From Candidatus Dormiibacterota bacterium (lineage in GTDB: Bacteria > Chloroflexota > Dormibacteria > Aeolococcales > Aeolococcaceae): DNA of 64,000 nt. The translations under genes and the position numbers were made by a program. Where the stretch lies: the NCBI GenBank assembly GCA_963709585.1, contig CAVPXI010000007.1, positions 128,001 through 192,000 on the forward strand, given 5' to 3'. Shown here piece by piece: positions 59,721 through 64,000 of the stretch. Every line of letters begins with the position of its first letter. Position 1 is the stretch's first letter. The notes below the pieces were generated by a model, which ran no database searches, was not told the DNA's origin, and worked only from the letters and a program-made list of their open reading frames with translations.

Positions 59721-60250
59721 TCGACTGCGGCGGGGGCTTCGCGGGAGGCGTCGGCGAGACGGGGATCGAAGCTCTTCCGTGCACGGACGGTGATGCGCTG
59801 CAAACTCAGGGTCATCGCGTTTTCGCGAGCGTCGAGGATGAACAGGCAGGCGAAGACGAAAGCATAGATCGGCGCTGCGCCCACGTCCGTCGTGGTGCCG
59901 AGAGCGTATGGGCCGCCGAACCCCTCACCCACGGCCCACACGAAGAGCGCGTACAAGCCGCCCATCACGTACAGGGGACGGCGCGCAAAACCCAGGATGA
60001 GGGCGACGCCGATCGCTGTCTCAGTGACGGCGGTGAGGTCGGGAAGCAGATGGCCTGTATTGGTGGCGATCAACGCCCAGAACTGAAACCACGGTTTCAC
60101 GATTCCAGGCTGGCTGACCACCATGCCCTGGATCATCGCCGCGAAGCCGCTTCGGAACCCTGGCTGCCACTTGAAGAACGCATCGACGAGCCACACCAGG
60201 CCAAAGGCCACGCGCAGCAGCGTCACAGGAGAGCGATTCAATTTCGTCAT
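59693..60250 (-). CDS. DoxX/DoxD-like membrane protein
   Basis: LLRVAFGLVWLVDAFFKW.P.F, ETAIG.ALILG, WAVGEGFGGPY....TDVGAA.IY. Confidence 0.75.
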   Translation of the reverse strand: MTKLNRSPVTLLRVAFGLVWLVDAFFKWQPGFRSGFAAMIQGMVVSQPGIVKPWFQFWALIATNTGHLLPDLTAVTETAIGVALILGFARRPLYVMGGLYALFVWAVGEGFGGPYALGTTTDVGAAPIYAFVFACLFILDARENAMTLSLQRITVRARKSFDPRLADASREAPAAVDYPAVVTHR

Positions 60251-60288
60251 GTGGTGTCGTCCTGGTGAACTGTGGATGTGCATGAGTT

Positions 60289-60858
60289 TCAATGGCTCAC
60301 CTGCATTCCGCTCGGGGACACCGCGTACCACAGACCACCGAACTGATTGAGCTGCTCGCCGTTGGTATCGCCCGGGTTGGTGTCGCCGACGTAGTAGTAG
60401 AGCGGATGACCGTTGTAGGTGACCTGCATCTGGCCACCGCCGCCCGAGGTTGTGCCCAGCAACGTTGCGGACGCACCCGTTCCCGCCTGTACCGCGGTTG
60501 GGGATGTGACCGGCGGCCAGACGCTGGTGCATCCGCCCGAGCAGGACGACGTTGTCCCGCTGTCTCTCGTGAACAGATACACCGTTCGGCCTTTGCCGTC
60601 AGTGAGGACGGAGCCGAGACCCGACTTGACGACCTTTACTGAAAGGGCTCCAGTGGCGGGCGGCGCCAGGCCGTACGTATATCCCCCTGAATTTGTGCCG
60701 GCGCCAGTGTTTCCGGTGCTTGATCCGCTCCCGCCGTACACGGATCCGGTGGTGCCCGCGCCCCCACATGCTGCAACCAGCATGGCGACCCCCGCAGCTG
60801 GAAACGCGAGCAATGGTAGGCCTCGACGCGTCGATAGACGCGCAATGATCGATTGCAT
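60289..60858 (-). CDS. COG4315-type secreted repeat lipoprotein (copy 2)
   Basis: Lipobox LVAAC; GRTVYLF..D...CSGGC...WPP; QVTYNGHPLYYY.GD..PGD.NG....FGGLW. Confidence 0.88.
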   Translation of the reverse strand: MQSIIARLSTRRGLPLLAFPAAGVAMLVAACGGAGTTGSVYGGSGSSTGNTGAGTNSGGYTYGLAPPATGALSVKVVKSGLGSVLTDGKGRTVYLFTRDSGTTSSCSGGCTSVWPPVTSPTAVQAGTGASATLLGTTSGGGGQMQVTYNGHPLYYYVGDTNPGDTNGEQLNQFGGLWYAVSPSGMQVSH

Positions 60859-61098
60859 GGAGTGCTCCCTGTGTGTGACCCGACACTTCTATCAACGTCA
60901 GGCGGGTGGATTGCGAACGTTCTGACACTCATGGATAGCGGCGCGGTTACACGGAGGAGAGACGTGTATCGAGCCATCGACTCCGTTGATCGGCGATGTG
61001 TGTAACGCCACCCGTATGTACCGGTGAAGGCTCGCATCGCCTGATCCCTCCCTCCGCCCGGGTGGCGCCGACCAACGGATCGGCGCCACCCACCAACC

Positions 61099-61304
61099 AT
61101 GAGGATCCTCGCGACGTGACGTACATCGTGCTCATCACAGCCGCGCTGCGCGAGCTCGCCAACCGCGAGCCGCAATGTATGGTTGCGATCGTGCTCGCTG
61201 GCGGAACCGCGCTGTCGACCATGCGCCGCCGGCTGCCTCGCAGCCTCAGCCGCCAAGCCCGAGCGCCCGCCGGCAGCCTGCCCGTTCCAGACGCGACCCT
61301 GTAA
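61099..61304 (+). CDS. Possible small membrane protein upstream of the ECF sigma (start and frame uncertain)
   Basis: Hydrophobic stretches VTYIVLITAAL and MVAIVLAGGTAL; ATG at 61099 is out of frame and GTG at 61116 is in frame. Confidence 0.3.
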
Positions 61305-61324
61305 CTGCGTTCATAGGGTTGGGT

Positions 61325-61864
61325 ATGGAGAGCGGATCGCAGCCCGGGGAGCCCGGAGTCTTCCAAGTCATCGACGGTGACCGTCCCCTGGACTGGGAGG
61401 GCGTCTATCGCGACCACGTGGCGTCGATCTATCGCCTGCTGTATTACAAGGTGGGCAACCAGCATGACGCCGAAGATCTGACCTCGCAGGTGTTCCTCGA
61501 AGCGTTGCCTCGTCTCCGGGCGAACGCGTCGGGCGGCGAGATCCACATGTATCTGGTCACCACGGCTCGGACGACGCTTGCCGGCCACTGGCGCCGACGC
61601 CTCGGCATCCAGGTGACAACCATCGATGACAACCTCGTCAAGGCGGAGGTCCACGGGCCGCCCACGGATCCACTCCCGCGGATTCGTCGCATCCTGTCCA
61701 AGCTTCCGCCGAATTACCGTCGAGTCCTCGAGCTTCGATTCCTCGAGCGCTGCTCGGTAGGCGAGACGGCTGCGAGGATGGGCATCAGCTCCGGCAACGC
61801 CCGGGTGGTGCAACACCGAGCTCTGCAGCGCGCCGCCGAGCTCGGCGTCGAGGTGGGCGCATGA
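61325..61864 (+). CDS. ECF RNA polymerase sigma factor
   Basis: Region 2: YR.....IYR.....VGN..DAEDLTSQVFL; region 4: LP.NYRRVLELRFL...SV.ETA..MGIS.GN.RV.QHRAL. Confidence 0.93.
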   Translation: MESGSQPGEPGVFQVIDGDRPLDWEGVYRDHVASIYRLLYYKVGNQHDAEDLTSQVFLEALPRLRANASGGEIHMYLVTTARTTLAGHWRRRLGIQVTTIDDNLVKAEVHGPPTDPLPRIRRILSKLPPNYRRVLELRFLERCSVGETAARMGISSGNARVVQHRALQRAAELGVEVGA

Positions 61865-62521
61865 GCCGCGCGACCCGTCGAGTCAGCCGCTGGATCGACG
61901 ACCTGCTCCACGATCGCAGCCCACAAGGCCTTCGTTCCAACGAGGACGACGCCAAGGTGCTGGCCGCGGCCATCGAATTCCGGAGCGCCAGCCCCGGAGC
62001 GGGCTTGCCCGACCCACAGTTCGTCGAACTCGCTCCAACGGCGGCTCGCCCGGGAGACTCAGGGCGAGGTGTCCCGATCCCCGCGGGTCTCCAGACGCAC
62101 CCTGCTCGCCAGCGGCGGGTTCGCGGCGGCCACCGCCGCCGCCGGGCTGGTTGTCGGCGACCGCCTCGGCGGCCCGTCGACGCAGCAACACGACCTGCTC
62201 CCGGTTGGGGCGACGTGGACGGCGGTCGCGCTCGTCGCCGATCTGCCTGACGGTATGACGCGTAGCTTCGACACAGGGTCCGTGCGGGGGTTTGTCGTCA
62301 ACCGCGGGGGCAAGATCACCGCACTTTCCGGTGTCTGCACGCACCTCGGCTGCCTGCTTCAGCTGAATGCCAAAGCTCGACGCCTGGATTGCCCCTGCCA
62401 CAACGCCGCCTTCGGCCTCGACGGCAACGTGCTGTTCAACCACATGCCTGATGCGTTGCCGCCGCTGCCGTTGCTGGAGTCGCGAATCCGCGAGGGCAAC
62501 GTCGAGGTGCTGACCGTCTGA
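61861..62521 (+). CDS. Rieske [2Fe-2S] protein with N-terminal anti-sigma-like segment and internal twin-arginine/TM motif (apparent +1 frameshift near 62028)
   Basis: ATGA overlap with sigma; P.P.FVDSLQRRL; SRRTLL plus hydrophobic helix; CTHLGC and CPCH Rieske boxes. Confidence 0.85.
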
Positions 62522-62858
62522 AGTCAAGGCCTCGCGCAGGGGGTTGTTGCTGAACGGATGCCCGACGGAGGGGCGCCACCGATTGTCATAAAGACATCGG
62601 CAGCCGCCCCTCTCGCGAACCCCTTCCAGTCCCCCTGCGCCATTGTTCAGGTCCGCGGCAGTCGCATACAGAGGCACCTGTTCCATTGGGCATGAGGCAT
62701 TTGCCTCAGCGCATGCGACGACCACTCCCATGCGACTGCACTGCACTTCCGCGCCGGTCATGGCGCCACCCGCGACGACGCCCCACTTCGTGGCGTAGGC
62801 TGCCCCCGGCGACCCCACCGGCGGCGAGCGCCGCGGGGTTCGCGGAGGTGTCCAGGTG

Positions 62859-64000
62859 ATGGCAGCGGGTACCACCCCGGCTGGAACAGTGGAGAACGCA
62901 TGGCGTAACGCCCAGCGCCAGTTCGACGAGGCGGCGGAATTGATCGGCCTCGACCCCGCGCTTCGCGCTGTGCTGCGCGAGGTCAAGCGCCAGCTGATCG
63001 TCAGCTTCCCGGTGAAGATGGACGACGGCTCTGTCCGGATGTTTGAGGGATACCGCGTCCAGCACAACATGGCGCGCGGGCCTGCCAAAGGCGGGATCCG
63101 ATACCACCAGGGGGTCACCCTCGACGAGGTCAAGGCGCTGGCCATGTGGATGACCTGGAAGTGCGCCATCGCCGGGTTGCCGTTCGGCGGCGCCAAGGGC
63201 GGCGTGATCGTCGATCCCAAAGTGCTGAGCCTCGGCGAGCTGGAGCGGCTGACCCGCCGCTACGCGACCGAGATCAGCATCGTGATCGGGCCCGAGTCCG
63301 ACATTCCCGCGCCAGACGTCAACACCACCCCGAAGGTGATGGCCTGGATCATGGACACGGTCTCGATGGAGCGAGGCTACTCCGTGCCGGCGGTGGTGAC
63401 CGGCAAGCCGCTTTCGGTGGGAGGCAGCGAAGGTCGCAACGCCGCCACCGGGCGCGGCGTCATGTTCGTCGCTCTTGAGGCGTGCACCAAGCTCGGGCTC
63501 AACCCGGAGGCCGCGACCGTCGCCATCCAGGGGTTCGGCAACGCCGGATCGGTTGCCGCGCGGCTGATGTCGGAGCGGGGTTTCACCATCTGCGCGGTTT
63601 CTGACACTGGTGGCGCTATCTACGCGCCCGCCGGGCTGGACATCGCCGCCGTCATTGCCCACAAGACGCGCACCGGTTCGGTGTCCAACTTCCCCGGGAG
63701 CAACGCGATTGGCGACGCCGAGTTGCTGGAGCTCCCTGTCGATGTGCTGATCCCGGCCGCGCTCGAGCACCAGATCACCTCCGAAAACGCGAGCCGCATT
63801 CAGGCGAAGCTCATCCTCGAGGCGGCGAACGGCCCGGTGACCCCCGATGCCGACGCGATCCTGGAGCGGAACGGAATCATGGTGGTGCCGGACGTCGTCG
63901 CCAACGCAGGCGGTGTGACCGTCTCGTACTTCGAGTGGGTGCAGGACCTGCAGTCCTTCTTCTGGGACGAGGACGAGATCAACGCGCGCCTCGAGAAGGT
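62859..64000 (+). CDS. gdhA: Glu/Leu/Phe/Val dehydrogenase (glutamate dehydrogenase), 3' end outside the window; not in the ORF track
   Basis: GGAGGTG RBS; GYRVQHN.ARGP.KGGIRYH, MTWKCA...[19 protein letters not shown]...[37 protein letters not shown]. Confidence 0.95.
   Translation, partial: MAAGTTPAGTVENAWRNAQRQFDEAAELIGLDPALRAVLREVKRQLIVSFPVKMDDGSVRMFEGYRVQHNMARGPAKGGIRYHQGVTLDEVKALAMWMTWKCAIAGLPFGGAKGGVIVDPKVLSLGELERLTRRYATEISIVIGPESDIPAPDVNTTPKVMAWIMDTVSMERGYSVPAVVTGKPLSVGGSEGRNAATGRGVMFVALEACTKLGLNPEAATVAIQGFGNAGSVAARLMSERGFTICAVSDTGGAIYAPAGLDIAAVIAHKTRTGSVSNFPGSNAIGDAELLELPVDVLIPAALEHQITSENASRIQAKLILEAANGPVTPDADAILERNGIMVVPDVVANAGGVTVSYFEWVQDLQSFFWDEDEINARLEK

Noticed and set aside
61861-62521. 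Rieske protein as a bc1/qcrA subunit or dioxygenase ferredoxin
   Set aside because: No cytochrome b/c or oxygenase genes nearby; it is coupled to a sigma factor instead
1-64000. Mobile elements, prophage, tRNA/rRNA, CRISPR arrays
   Set aside because: No transposase, integrase, phage or cas motifs, no RNA-gene signatures and no obvious compositional break seen by eye

Overview
High-GC (about 70%) bacterial chromosomal segment with actinomycete-like gene content and several apparently leaderless genes (Actinomycetota or a similar soil lineage; not assignable from sequence alone). It is densely coding, with about 60 genes: xfp-ackA, gltBD, a DAHP synthase-chorismate mutase fusion, ftsH, adhP, a TetR-DrrAB-type exporter, a large secreted beta-propeller/IPT protein, an aldo-keto reductase-kinase-HAD fusion, a Mo-oxidoreductase/FNR/CxxC-protein operon, cspA, two STAND/BTAD regulators, a BNR-propeller/MoaD pair, AraC/VOC pairs and other detox-like genes, orn, a PotABCD-type transporter, a transaldolase-family gene with iolB, and a partial gdh. 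I saw no rRNA, tRNA, CRISPR array or transposase. Most interesting: (1) an ECF sigma coupled to a candidate anti-sigma carrying an internal twin-arginine motif and a Rieske [2Fe-2S] domain, beside two COG4315-type lipoproteins and a DoxX-like membrane protein, with TGTAAC hexamers upstream of the module's units; (2) a three-copy promoter motif embedded in AraC 3' ends upstream of VOC genes; (3) eleven +1 frameshifts, eight at or next to GACTC/GAGTC, best explained as modification-dependent long-read errors that may reveal a host methylation motif. All family assignments are from motif recognition; no database searches were run.
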